Assembly (NCBI GenBank): GCA_041687695.1
Contig: JAWLBL010000020.1
Span: 32,001 to 96,000, forward strand
Length of the DNA stretch: 64,000 nucleotides
Direction of reading: 5' to 3'
Source of the DNA: Myxococcota bacterium
Lineage (GTDB): Bacteria > Myxococcota_A > UBA9042 > PHBI01 > JAWLBL01
Positions 53,627-63,593 of this stretch are shown one piece after another. A program made the position numbers and the translations under genes. Positions within the stretch are counted from its first letter, which is position 1. Every line of letters starts with the position of its first letter. The notes under the pieces are model-generated. The model was not told where the DNA came from, did not search any database, and saw nothing but the letters and a program-made list of their open reading frames with translations.

Positions 53627-55390
53627 CTACTTGATCTTCTCGAGCTGGATGTAGTGCACCGACGGCACGGCCATCTCGTGCACGAAGCGGACCGAGCCCG
53701 TCTGCGGGTTGGTCTCGACGGTGCCGGTCTCGGAGAAGTGGAAGCTGGGCACGCCGTAGCTGTTCCGGTCGATGACGGCCAGGCTGTACTTGACGGCCCG
53801 GATGGTCGCCGGGACGAAGTTGTCGATGACCAGATCGTAGGTGATCGAGGCCGTGCCCGGCGCGACGTTGGCGTTGGCGACGATGATGTGCATCACGTCG
53901 TCCGAGGCCTTGTCGAAGCTGGCCATCGCGGTCATCCCCTCGGCGTCGTGGCCGCTGGTCACGGTCACCGGGACGTGGCCGTTGACCTGACGGAAGGGGA
54001 ACATCGCCATGTAGGCCGGGCGCGCGCAGGTCGGCATGGGCTTGTTCACGTCCCAGGCCTGGTTGGCGCAGGGGTCGCTGGGCGTGCGCGGGTGGAAGTA
54101 GTCGCTCTCGACGATCATGTGCTTGAGCGAGCCCGGGTCCTCGCCCGCGTGCGAGCGCAGGTCCGAGTAGACGCGCGGACCGCGGCCGGCGATGAAGTGC
54201 GCGACGCCGACGTCCTGGATGAAGATGCGGACCGCCGTCTGGAAGGCGCCCAGATAGGCGCTCTTGATGTGCTCGTTCTGCATCATGGCCACGGTCTGCA
54301 GATGCGCGTCGTCGCGGAAGTAGTCCGCGCCCGTCATCACCAGCTTCGTGGCCTGCAGGCCCTTGGCGTCGAGGTAGGCGCGGATCTCCCGCGCGACCTC
54401 AGCGGCCTGGAAGGGCGTGTTGGTGGTCGTGCGGAAGCTGATGAAGTCGAGCGGCGCCTTGTCCTTGGCGATCCAGTCGATGAACCGCGTCACCGGCGGC
54501 TTGCCGACGAAGTAGTCGTCCGCCTTCGCGCCGGCGGGGACCTTCACGTGAAAGCCCATCCCGCCGACGTGCACCGTCGGACCGCGCTCGGGGTCGTCGG
54601 GGAAGTGCTGTTTGACGCCCTCGGCGAACCGGCCGTAGACCTCGTACAGCGTGTCCCAGCTGGTGTCGTGGGCCTCGGGATAGCCCATCGCCCCGACCGG
54701 GTCGTCCATGAACTCGACCCAGCCGACCGGGTAGTTCTTGCCGTTGTCCTTGTCCCAGCTGTCGCCGCCGCGCAGGTGGCGCAGCGTGTTGACGGCCACG
54801 TTCACCCAGGTCGCCTTCGCCGGCTCCTGGCTCGAGATCGGAGTGCCCGCCTGCTGGCCGTTGCCCGACGTCTTGCAACCGCCGTTCGCGCCCGGGTTGA
54901 AGCCGACCTGCCACAGGATGGCGGCCGTGTGCACGTCGGTCGCCGCCTTCATGTGCTGGTCGAGCACGGTGAAGTTGTAGTCGGCCGCCTTGGACGGGTC
55001 CTTACCCGGGTTGGGGAAGATGCCCTCGAGGCTGAGGTCGCAGACCGTCCCGGTGCCCACCCGCACCATGCTCAGGTGCGCGCCGTCGGGCCCCACGTCG
55101 GTCGCGTACTTGCCCCAATAGGCCGTCGTCAGATCGTAGTCGCCAGTGAGGATGGGCTTCGGGGCCCCGTCCATGCCCGTCAGCGGCGTGACCGTCTGCC
55201 CGATCTGCTTCGAGGTCGCCGAGATGGTGATCTTGCGGTACCGCCCACCGTTGAAGTCTTCGGGCAGCGTCAGCCCGTCCTCGTTGCAACCGGTGACCGG
55301 CGCGCCCAGCGCCATCAGCAGGGCGGCGCCAGTGAGGCCCAGCGCTCGGGGCCAGCGGCGAACGTCGATGAGGTTCATGGTGACCTTCAC
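53627..55390 (-). CDS. Lipoprotein with GH39-like TIM-barrel fold, catalytic glutamates apparently absent
   Basis: Lipobox VTGC; IFPN..DPS....YNF..LD, WVEFMDDP, VGG.G, PLDFISF resemble the GH39 layout. Confidence 0.55.
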   Translation of the reverse strand: MKVTMNLIDVRRWPRALGLTGAALLMALGAPVTGCNEDGLTLPEDFNGGRYRKITISATSKQIGQTVTPLTGMDGAPKPILTGDYDLTTAYWGKYATDVGPDGAHLSMVRVGTGTVCDLSLEGIFPNPGKDPSKAADYNFTVLDQHMKAATDVHTAAILWQVGFNPGANGGCKTSGNGQQAGTPISSQEPAKATWVNVAVNTLRHLRGGDSWDKDNGKNYPVGWVEFMDDPVGAMGYPEAHDTSWDTLYEVYGRFAEGVKQHFPDDPERGPTVHVGGMGFHVKVPAGAKADDYFVGKPPVTRFIDWIAKDKAPLDFISFRTTTNTPFQAAEVAREIRAYLDAKGLQATKLVMTGADYFRDDAHLQTVAMMQNEHIKSAYLGAFQTAVRIFIQDVGVAHFIAGRGPRVYSDLRSHAGEDPGSLKHMIVESDYFHPRTPSDPCANQAWDVNKPMPTCARPAYMAMFPFRQVNGHVPVTVTSGHDAEGMTAMASFDKASDDVMHIIVANANVAPGTASITYDLVIDNFVPATIRAVKYSLAVIDRNSYGVPSFHFSETGTVETNPQTGSVRFVHEMAVPSVHYIQLEKIK

Positions 55391-55415
55391 GGCGGCTGCT
55401 CCTTGTCGTCGGCGC

Positions 55416-57197
55416 CTACTCGGCCCAGTACATGTAGCGGACGAGGTGCGTGTCGGACATCTCAGGCTCGAAGCCGCGCAGGTACGGCTTCTTCAGGTAC
55501 GACTTCGTGTAGTAGTACAGCGGCGCCACGGGCATGTCACGCAGCACCAGGGCCTCGGCCCGCGCCAGACGCCGCATCCGCTCGCCGTGGTCGCGCACGG
55601 CCAGGCTGCCCTTGGAGAGCCGGTCGAACTCGTCGCTCTTGAACCCGGCGTAGTTCTGCACGCTGTCCGACTCGAACAGCATGAGGAAGCTGTACGGGTC
55701 CGACAGCCCGCACCACGCCGATCGGGCCATCTGGAAGTCGCCCTGCTGCGTCCGCGACAAGAAGCTCTTCCACTCCATGTTCTCGAGCACGACGTCGATG
55801 CCCAGGTTCTCTTTGAGCGACCGCTGCGCGAACTCGGCGATGAGCTTGTGGGCCTCGTAGGTGTTGTAGACCAGCGTGACGGTCGGCAGCCCCACGCCCT
55901 GTGGGTAGCCCGCCTCGGCCAGCAGCTCGCGCGCGCGCGCCGGATCGAACGCGTCGCCGCGCTGCCCCGGGTAGGCCATCGCGGTGTCGAAGAACGGCAG
56001 GACGGGCCCGTCGGCCGGCTGCTGCTTGCCGCGCGTGACGTGCTGGACCAGCGCCGTCTTGTCGATGGCCATGTTCACGGCGCGCCGGATGCGCACGTCG
56101 TCGAACGGCGGCTTATCCATGCGCATCGCGTAGTAGTAGAAGCAGAGGTACGGATCGATGAAGAAGTCCGGCCGCCCCGACTCGATGAACTCCGAGATGC
56201 GCTCGGGCGGCGGCGGCGTCCGCGACCAGTGCACCTCGCCGACCTCGTAGCGCGTCAGGGCCTGGCTCTCGCTCTCGGTGTGGACGATGCGCACCCGCGG
56301 GATGCGCACGGTGTCGGCCGCCCAGTAGGTCGGGTTCTTCACCAGCGTCGTCCGGTCGCGCAGCAGCATCTCCTGGACGGTGTACGGCCCGTTGACCACG
56401 ATCGTCTCGGGGTCCGTCCACCGCGGGCCGTGCGCCTCGACGGCCTCGCGCGGCACGGGCGCGTAGTGGGGCGTCATCACGTACTGCAAGAAGAACGGCA
56501 CCGGGTCTTGCAGCGTGACCTTCAGCGTCAGGTCGTCGACCGCCTCGACGCCGACCTGGGCGCGATCGGTGATCCGGCCCTCGTTGAAGGCCACCGCGTT
56601 CTTCAGATACTTCAGCTGCTCGGCCGACGGCGAGGCGGTCGCCGGGTCCAGCTTCCGCAGCCACGAGTAGACGAAGTCCTGCGCCGTCACCTGACGGCCG
56701 TTCGACCACTTGGCGCCCTCGCGCAGATGGAAGGTGTAGGTCAGCCCGTCCTCGGACTCCTCCCAGCGCTCGGCCATGCCCGGCTGCGGCGGCCCGGTCG
56801 TGGGGCCCGGCACCAGCAGCGGCTCGAACACGTTCTGGATGACCAAGAAGCCCTCGGTCTCCTGCGCCAGGCTGGGGTCGATGCTGGTCGCGCCCCCGCC
56901 GGTCGTCACCAGCGTCCCGTCGGCGGGCGGCCGCTCGTCGCACACCGGGTGTCCCTGGCACGGCCACGCGTCCCGCCCGTGCATCCGCTGCACCCCGCCC
57001 GCAGCCGGCTCGGCGGCCGGCTCACCCGCCGCCACCTCGGGCGGCTCGTAGGTGTCGGGCGCCGGCGTCGCCTGGAACGGCGCCGACTGGCCGCGCTCGG
57101 CCGTCTGGCACGCCGCCAGCGCCGCGACGCTCGCGAGCAGGGTGGACAGGGCGATCACGCGGCTCGGCCGCGTCCGTCGAGGGGCAACACGCTTCAC
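55416..57197 (-). CDS. oppA: Oligopeptide ABC transporter substrate-binding lipoprotein (OppA family)
   Basis: Lipobox LAAC; SIDP, FEPL, YTFHLREGAKWSNG..VTAQDFVYSW, NGPY, PPFDDVRIRRA..MAID. Confidence 0.9.
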   Translation of the reverse strand: MKRVAPRRTRPSRVIALSTLLASVAALAACQTAERGQSAPFQATPAPDTYEPPEVAAGEPAAEPAAGGVQRMHGRDAWPCQGHPVCDERPPADGTLVTTGGGATSIDPSLAQETEGFLVIQNVFEPLLVPGPTTGPPQPGMAERWEESEDGLTYTFHLREGAKWSNGRQVTAQDFVYSWLRKLDPATASPSAEQLKYLKNAVAFNEGRITDRAQVGVEAVDDLTLKVTLQDPVPFFLQYVMTPHYAPVPREAVEAHGPRWTDPETIVVNGPYTVQEMLLRDRTTLVKNPTYWAADTVRIPRVRIVHTESESQALTRYEVGEVHWSRTPPPPERISEFIESGRPDFFIDPYLCFYYYAMRMDKPPFDDVRIRRAVNMAIDKTALVQHVTRGKQQPADGPVLPFFDTAMAYPGQRGDAFDPARARELLAEAGYPQGVGLPTVTLVYNTYEAHKLIAEFAQRSLKENLGIDVVLENMEWKSFLSRTQQGDFQMARSAWCGLSDPYSFLMLFESDSVQNYAGFKSDEFDRLSKGSLAVRDHGERMRRLARAEALVLRDMPVAPLYYYTKSYLKKPYLRGFEPEMSDTHLVRYMYWAE

Positions 57198-57268
57198 GCG
57201 AGCGATATAGCACCGGAGCCGCTCGGCTTCCAATCGGCTTCCAGTCGGCGCGAGGCCCGGCCCGCGCC

Positions 57269-60193
57269 TCAGGGGCTCGGCGGCAGCCGGTCCTCGAGCT
57301 CGCCCTCGATCGGCGTCGGCCGCTCGGCCCCCGGCGGCGGCTCCGTCGGGCGCACGTACTCGCGCCCCAGCCACAGCGGCTCCTCGGGCTTGCGGAACAG
57401 CGGCTGATAGGGCGCCGCCGCCAGCACCTCGGTCTCGGTGATGGCCTTCTCGCGCCGCTGCATCATGTCCATGACGTGGCTGACGCGCTTGACCCACCAG
57501 TGGTTGAGCGTCTGCGCCTCCCACTGCTTGTAGCCGGCGTGCGGGTACGGCTTGAGCCCCATGATGAACGCCGCCTCGAGCGGCGACAGCTCCCACGGGA
57601 GCTTGCCGAAGTAGTGCCGTGACGCCCGCTTGATGCCGTACAGATCCGGTCCGTACTCGATGACGTTGATGTACATCGTCAGGATCTCGTCCTTGGTCAG
57701 GACGCGTTCCATCTGCCAGCTGATGATCAGCTCCTCGAGCTTGCGCGCCAGCGTCTTCTCTCGGGTCAGGTACAGGTTCTTGACCAGCTGCTGCGTGATC
57801 GTGCTGCCGCCGTAGACGAAGCGCTCTTTTTCGAGGTCCAGCTTCAGCGCCCGCGCGACCAGCTCCCAGCGCACGCCCTTGTGGTTGAGGAAGTTGCGGT
57901 CCTCGGTCACGATCGCCGCCGCCTTCACGAAGTCCGGCAGCAGGTGCGAGGCCACCCACTCGCGCGTCCCCGGCCCGACCTTGACGTGCTCGAGCCGCCC
58001 CCGCGTCGGCTCGACCGGGTGGTGCACGAACCCCCGCCCCCTGAGCGCCTCCAGATCGATCTCACGCCCGAGCGACAGCACCTCGCACCGCTCGACGTCG
58101 CCGTCGACCTTCAGCTCGAGCTCGGCCGGCTTGTCCAGATCGACCGTCAGCAGGGCATCGAACTGCATCTCCCCCCGCAGCCGCCATCCGGCGAGGCGCG
58201 GCACCAGCACCTCGGGGATCGCCTCGGCCACCCGATCGCACCGCTGCCGCGGCATCGACACCCGCGCGTCCACCTTGCCCCGCTGCCCCGGCGGCCGCTC
58301 CAGCGTCAGGCTCCCCGTCAGCCGGGCCTGCCCCAGCCGCATCGACTCCAGCTGTAGCCGCGCCCGGTGGCGCTCGGGCTCGACCTCGACCGTGAACCCG
58401 ACCTCACCCTCGAGCCCTCGCACCGGCGCGTGCGAGATGCGCCAGCTCTGGAACCCGAAGTCCCGCACCTTGGCCGTCCCGACCGCCTTGTGCGGCCGCC
58501 CCGGCCCCTCGGGCGGCCGGTAGTCGAAGCGCACGTCGACCTCGGCGTCCGGCTCGACGACGAGGTGATCGCTGAAGCGGCTGACGATGTGCGCGAAGTC
58601 CTTGCCGCGGACCTGCCCCTGCACCTGCTGCAGCGCCCCGTCGCGCCCCACCGACACGCTCAGCTCGAACGCCCCGGTGGCCCCCGACGCCCGGACGATC
58701 AGCGCGTCCGAGGCCACGACCCGCGTCCCGTCCGCCCGCCGCGCGACGGTCACGCCCAGCTGATCCAGCCCGAAGACCCCCTGTCCGCCCGCCGCGTCGT
58801 CGACCATCAGCAGCCGCCCGTCACGGACCTCCAACGCCAGCTCACCCAGCCGCGCCAGGAGTCCGTCCTCGAACCCGGCGCGCACCGGCAACGCGGGCAG
58901 CGGCGCCCCCTCGGTGCCGGCCACCGCCGCCGGCTGGGCCGCGTCCAGGAACGTCGACAGCAGCCGGTGCCCCGGCATCGCCTGCAGCGCCGACCGATCG
59001 TGCACCGACAGCCGCAGCTCGGGGCCCGACACGGTCACCGCCTTCAGCGCGTCCAGCGGCTCGCCCGCGATCAGCGGCGCCCACGGGGCCTCGACCAGAT
59101 CCACGGCCACCGCCCCCACCCGGATCCGCGCCGCGCCACCCCCCGGGGCCAGCTTCACGTCCCGCGCGACCACTCGCGTCGGACGCACCGGCAGGGGCCC
59201 GTCGTCGGCCGGCGCCAGCGCCAGCTCGACCTCGGCCACCTCGAGGCGCCGCCCACCCCGCGCGGCGACGACCTTCGCGGCCTCGACCGCGCGCACGCGC
59301 TCGGGACGGGGCACCACCGACGCTCCGTCGTCCGTCGCCACCAGCCGTCCGACCGCGAGGGTCGCATCGCCGAGCGTCACCGAGACATCGGCGAGCTCGG
59401 TCGCGCCCTCGCCGACCGCCCGCGACACCCCGCCCACGCTCGCGACGACCGGTCGCCCAGCGTGCACGCCCCGGACCGACAGGCCCGACGCGAACTCGGC
59501 CCGCGCCACGCCCGCGTCCCACTCGAAGCGTCCGGCCACCGGCTCCGCCCCGGCGTCCACCCGCGCCTGGGCCCGCGCCGACACGCGGCGCTCCTCGTCT
59601 CGCGCGAGGCGGCCCGACACGTCGCGCAGCCTCAGTCGGGGAAGCGACACGTCGCGGACCCCGGCGAGCGTCACGTCCAGCGCGCCGCCCTCCACCTCCA
59701 CCGTCAGCGGCCGCGCCGGCCCGGCCTCGGCTCCGGGCGCCTTCGCGCCCGGACCACGCAGCGCCTCGACCAGATCCTCCAGATCGTGCCCGCCGTCGAC
59801 GCGCGCCGCGACCGCGGCCTCCAGCCCCGCCAGGGTGACGTGATCGGGCCTCCGGCGCCCCGAGAGGACGGCCAGCGGCGTGAGATCGGTCCGGACCTCG
59901 GCCACGGCGATCTGGGGCGAGACCCCGTCCGGTCGCGTGACGCGCACGTCCCGCAGGACCAGCCCGGTCGTCACGCCCAGCTCGATGCGTCCCACGACGA
60001 CGCGCCGGCCGGTCCGCTGCTCCAGCGTGTCCAGCCGCGCGCGCAGCTCGCCCTGGGCCATCGACGCGGCGACCGAGGCCCCCAGCCCAAGGACCGCCAG
60101 GGCGGTCACGACGCCCGTGAGCGCCCAGGCCCAGCGCGGCCACCGTCGGCGCGCGGGCAGGAGGAAGCGAGGGCGTGCGGGTCCGGTGTCCAT
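57269..60193 (-). CDS. Peptidoglycan glycosyltransferase (GT51) domain protein with long N-terminal beta-rich region and no transpeptidase domain
   Basis: EDRNFLNHKGV, GGSTITQQLVKNLYL, RKLEE, KDEILTMYINVIEYG; N-terminal TM helix. Confidence 0.88.
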   Translation of the reverse strand: MDTGPARPRFLLPARRRWPRWAWALTGVVTALAVLGLGASVAASMAQGELRARLDTLEQRTGRRVVVGRIELGVTTGLVLRDVRVTRPDGVSPQIAVAEVRTDLTPLAVLSGRRRPDHVTLAGLEAAVAARVDGGHDLEDLVEALRGPGAKAPGAEAGPARPLTVEVEGGALDVTLAGVRDVSLPRLRLRDVSGRLARDEERRVSARAQARVDAGAEPVAGRFEWDAGVARAEFASGLSVRGVHAGRPVVASVGGVSRAVGEGATELADVSVTLGDATLAVGRLVATDDGASVVPRPERVRAVEAAKVVAARGGRRLEVAEVELALAPADDGPLPVRPTRVVARDVKLAPGGGAARIRVGAVAVDLVEAPWAPLIAGEPLDALKAVTVSGPELRLSVHDRSALQAMPGHRLLSTFLDAAQPAAVAGTEGAPLPALPVRAGFEDGLLARLGELALEVRDGRLLMVDDAAGGQGVFGLDQLGVTVARRADGTRVVASDALIVRASGATGAFELSVSVGRDGALQQVQGQVRGKDFAHIVSRFSDHLVVEPDAEVDVRFDYRPPEGPGRPHKAVGTAKVRDFGFQSWRISHAPVRGLEGEVGFTVEVEPERHRARLQLESMRLGQARLTGSLTLERPPGQRGKVDARVSMPRQRCDRVAEAIPEVLVPRLAGWRLRGEMQFDALLTVDLDKPAELELKVDGDVERCEVLSLGREIDLEALRGRGFVHHPVEPTRGRLEHVKVGPGTREWVASHLLPDFVKAAAIVTEDRNFLNHKGVRWELVARALKLDLEKERFVYGGSTITQQLVKNLYLTREKTLARKLEELIISWQMERVLTKDEILTMYINVIEYGPDLYGIKRASRHYFGKLPWELSPLEAAFIMGLKPYPHAGYKQWEAQTLNHWWVKRVSHVMDMMQRREKAITETEVLAAAPYQPLFRKPEEPLWLGREYVRPTEPPPGAERPTPIEGELEDRLPPSP

Positions 60194-60408
60194 GGGCGCG
60201 GCAGCTCGGAGGGCCGGTGGGAGGGTGACGGGAGCGGGCTGGGAGGCGGCGCCCCGGAAACGCCTGTCCCGTCCGGGCTATTCTAGCGCGCCCGGGCGCG
60301 GCCGTCAGATGTAGCGCAACCGTAGGCGATCGTGGAGCTTTTCGCGACCCGGTCGCGGCGGCGGCGGCCCCATGGCCCGATCCTGCGCGCCGACTCGGGG
60401 TTTGCCCT

Positions 60409-60437
60409 TTGATCGTGGGCCGGGCGCCGACTATGCT
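60409..60437 (+). promoter_or_regulatory. Putative sigma70 promoter of the Cys-rich gene
   Basis: TTGATC-N17-TATGCT. Confidence 0.5.
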
Positions 60438-60470
60438 TCCGACTCCCTGTCGCTTGGAGGCCGGACGCCC

Positions 60471-62525
60471 ATGATGTCCCGCTCGCTCGTCGCCTGCCTC
60501 GCCCTCGGCACCCTCACGCTCCTCGTGGCGCCCCCGGCCGCCGCCCAATGCTCGGCTGGCACGCAGGTCGGCGCCTGCCCCGCCGGCATCGGCTACGAGG
60601 GCTGCTGCGACACGGCCAGCGTCGTGCGTTGGTGCGAGGGGGCCGCGCTGTGCGAGATCGACTGCTCGAGCAATGCCGGACTGCCTCCGAGTTGTTGCCA
60701 GCCCACGACGACCTACGCCGGCGCCGACGCGTGCGGCGATCCCGCGGTCGTCAACTGCGTCTGCAACGCAGATTCGTGGTGCTGTACCAATTACTGGGAC
60801 GAGCTGTGCGTCAGCCAGGCCGAGAGCTGCGGGGTCAACTGCGGGGCGTCGGCCATCTACTGCGGCTGGAAAGGCGCGGCCGGCTACTACGACTGCAACT
60901 CGACGCCGACCGCCGAACCGACCGGCACCCATCCGCAGATGTGCGGCGGCTGCGTCCCCGACTGCGCCGGCAAGACCTGCGGCGACGACGGCTGCGGCGG
61001 GACCTGCGGCACGTGCGGCGGCGGGGCGACCTGCGTCGGCGGGACCTGCCAGTCTTCGTGTGTGCCGTTCTGCAGCGGCAAGCAGTGCGGCCCCGACGGG
61101 TGCGGCGGGACCTGCGGCACGTGCCCCACGGGCCACTCGTGCTCGAGCGGCGGGATGTGCGTCTGCTCGCCCACCTGCTTCGGCAAGCAGTGTGGTGACG
61201 ACGGCTGCGGCGGCAGCTGCGGCACCTGCCTCAGCGGCCAGAGCTGTCAGTCCGGCGTGTGCCAGGACGGCACCTGCACGCCGTCGTGCTCCGGCAAGGC
61301 TTGCGGTTCGGACGGCTGCGGCGGGCTGTGCGGCACGTGCGGCGCGGGCCAGACCTGCAATGCCAGCGGGCAGTGCGTGTCGACCTGCACGCCCCAATGC
61401 GGCGGCAAGACCTGCGGGGCCGACGGCTGCGGCGGGCAGTGCGGGTTCTGCGGCACGGGGCAGACCTGCAACGCCAGCGGGCAGTGCGTGTCCTCCTGCA
61501 CCCCCAGCTGCGCCGGCAAGACCTGCGGCGACGACGGCTGCGGAGGGACCTGTGGCTCGTGCTTCGGCGGTCAGACCTGCAACGCCAGCGGGCAGTGCGT
61601 GTCGACCTGCGCGCCCAACTGCGCCGGCAAGGTCTGCGGCCCGGACGGGTGCGGCGGGACGTGCGGCAGCTGCCCGGGCGGCCAGGTGTGCAACGTGTCG
61701 GGCCAGTGCACCAGCAGCTGCGCGCCCTCCTGCGCGGGCAAGGTCTGCGGCGACGACGGGTGCGGGGGCAGCTGCGGCGCCTGCGGCGCGGGCGAGACCT
61801 GCGTGTCGGGCGCGTGCCAGACCAGCGGCAGCTGCACGCCGGACTGCGCGGGCAAGTCCTGCGGGACGGACGGCTGCGGCGGTGTCTGTGGAACCTGCCA
61901 GGCGGGGTGGGTCTGCCAGAGCGGGCAGTGCAAGAACACCTGCGTGCCCCAGTGCACCGGCAAGCAGTGCGGCGACGACGGCTGCGGGGGCAGCTGCGGC
62001 GAGTGCGGCGAGGGGCAGTTCTGCACCATCACCGGCGCCTGCGCCGAGGGCTGCCTGCCCGACTGCGCCGGCCGGGAGTGCGGTGACGACGGGTGCGGCG
62101 GGGCCTGCGGCGAGTGCGTCGAGCAGGAGATCTGCAACGCCTCGGGGCTGTGCCAGGAGCCGGGCGCCGTCTGCTCGTGTGACGGGCGGGTCTGCGGCGA
62201 CGACGGCTGCGGCGAGAGCTGCGGCGAGTGCTCCGGGAACTTCTTCTGCGACGAGACCAGCGGGCAGTGCCTGGCGAAGAGCGGCGGGGGGCCCGGCACC
62301 CCGGGCGAGTGCCCGGCGGGGCAGATGTGGAGCTCCTACGCCCAGAAGTGCGTCATCGACGACGGCTCGGTGGGCATCGGCTCGGGCAACGACGGCACCA
62401 CGTCGGACGGGTGCCAGGCGGGTGGACCGGGCGGCTTCGGCCTGCAGCTGCTCGCGGCCCTGGGGGCGCTCGGGCTGCTGGTGACGCGCCGACGGCGGCG
62501 GGACCTCCAGGCGTCGGTCCGATAG
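60471..62525 (+). CDS. Cys-rich repeat cell-surface protein with MYXO-CTERM-like sorting signal
   Basis: GGAGG RBS; signal peptide; 12 repeats CxPxCxGKxCGxDGCGGxCGxC; C-terminal GC + TM helix + RRRRR. Confidence 0.9.
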   Translation: MMSRSLVACLALGTLTLLVAPPAAAQCSAGTQVGACPAGIGYEGCCDTASVVRWCEGAALCEIDCSSNAGLPPSCCQPTTTYAGADACGDPAVVNCVCNADSWCCTNYWDELCVSQAESCGVNCGASAIYCGWKGAAGYYDCNSTPTAEPTGTHPQMCGGCVPDCAGKTCGDDGCGGTCGTCGGGATCVGGTCQSSCVPFCSGKQCGPDGCGGTCGTCPTGHSCSSGGMCVCSPTCFGKQCGDDGCGGSCGTCLSGQSCQSGVCQDGTCTPSCSGKACGSDGCGGLCGTCGAGQTCNASGQCVSTCTPQCGGKTCGADGCGGQCGFCGTGQTCNASGQCVSSCTPSCAGKTCGDDGCGGTCGSCFGGQTCNASGQCVSTCAPNCAGKVCGPDGCGGTCGSCPGGQVCNVSGQCTSSCAPSCAGKVCGDDGCGGSCGACGAGETCVSGACQTSGSCTPDCAGKSCGTDGCGGVCGTCQAGWVCQSGQCKNTCVPQCTGKQCGDDGCGGSCGECGEGQFCTITGACAEGCLPDCAGRECGDDGCGGACGECVEQEICNASGLCQEPGAVCSCDGRVCGDDGCGESCGECSGNFFCDETSGQCLAKSGGGPGTPGECPAGQMWSSYAQKCVIDDGSVGIGSGNDGTTSDGCQAGGPGGFGLQLLAALGALGLLVTRRRRRDLQASVR
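60951..62270 (+). repeat. Intragenic tandem repeats: 12 units of ~105-120 bp, 8 Cys each
   Basis: DGCG core counted 12 times in the translation. Confidence 0.9.
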
Positions 62526-62532
62526 AGGCGGG

Positions 62533-63315
62533 TCAGGCGCTCAGCACGTAGAAGTCGTAAGCGGCGTGGGTCCACGCCGCGACGGCGAACCCGCGGGCCA
62601 GAAAGAGGGCCGCGAACACGCCCCCCGCCAGGGTGCGGTAGGTGAAGGCGAAGGCCTCGAAGGGCTCGCCGGCCAGGTGGTGCGCGCCCGCGAAGAGGGC
62701 GCTCGACGCGGCGACGGCCACCAGGGCGGCCAGTGTCGGAGGCATCCCCAGAAGGCGACGGGCGGCCACGAGCAGCAGCGGTACCATGGCCAGGCGGAAG
62801 ACCAGCTCCTCGTGAAAGCCGGCCCCGGCCGAGATGACGACCCGGTCGACCCACTCCGACGGCACCAGCAGGGGGCCGAGGAGCTTGGCCTCCTCCATGA
62901 GGACGAGGATGACCGAGCCCATGAGCAGCCCATAGACCGTGGCCTCGAGGGCGACCGGCAGGGTCAGCAGCGCGTGGCGAGGCAGCGTCGCCCGCAGGCG
63001 CAGCGCGGCGACGACGACGGTCAGGGCGGCGACGCCCGCGATGGCCCATGCGTAGCCCTGCTCGCCGAACAGGGCCCGCAGGCCGCCGCTGACGAGATCG
63101 ACGCCGTTGAGGGCGTCCTCGGAGGCCATGAGCTGTCCCAGGCCGTAGGCGAGGAATAGGGGCAGCGAGCACAGGGCGGCCGTCGCCCCCGAGCGAGAGG
63201 CCGCGTGGTACCAGGTCACCCGACGCCACCAGAGGGGAGGCGTCGACGCGGCCTCGCGGCGGGCGGGCGCGCGTGGGGCGGCGCGGGGGGCGGAGGCGGG
63301 GGCGCGTCGCGTCAT
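62533..63315 (-). CDS. CPBP (Abi/CAAX type II) intramembrane glutamic endopeptidase
   Basis: EELVFR, FAGAH and HAAYD motifs; multiple TM helices. Confidence 0.88.
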   Translation of the reverse strand: MTRRAPASAPRAAPRAPARREAASTPPLWWRRVTWYHAASRSGATAALCSLPLFLAYGLGQLMASEDALNGVDLVSGGLRALFGEQGYAWAIAGVAALTVVVAALRLRATLPRHALLTLPVALEATVYGLLMGSVILVLMEEAKLLGPLLVPSEWVDRVVISAGAGFHEELVFRLAMVPLLLVAARRLLGMPPTLAALVAVAASSALFAGAHHLAGEPFEAFAFTYRTLAGGVFAALFLARGFAVAAWTHAAYDFYVLSA

Positions 63316-63429
63316 GGGCCCCCCAGTCTGGGCGGCGCTCGCGAGGGCGCAAGAAAAGCGGGCGCGGGGGCGGTCCAGCACGTCGCGTCGGCGTCGGCGC
63401 CCGTCGGCTCCGCGCGCGCGACCATCGCA

Positions 63430-63458
63430 TTGACAGCCCGACGGTGATTCGCTAGCTT
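63430..63458 (+). promoter_or_regulatory. sigma70 promoter of rpsU
   Basis: TTGACA-N17-TAGCTT. Confidence 0.65.
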
Positions 63459-63593
63459 GCGCGCCACTCTGACGCCGGACGCCTCACTGGTCGGCCGCCC
63501 ACGACGGCCGCGTCGGACGTTTCGGCCGCAACACCATCCTTTTGACCGGGCCCGCTTCGGTCTCGAGCCATGCCAGCGAGAAGGTGATCGTTC

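Noticed and set aside
60887..62299. Pro/Gln/His-rich repetitive minus-strand ORFs
   Set aside because: Antisense reflection of the Cys/Gly repeats
63459..63593. Riboswitch or leader RNA upstream of rpsU
   Set aside because: The leader is long, but I could not identify a recognisable motif or a convincing structure by eye
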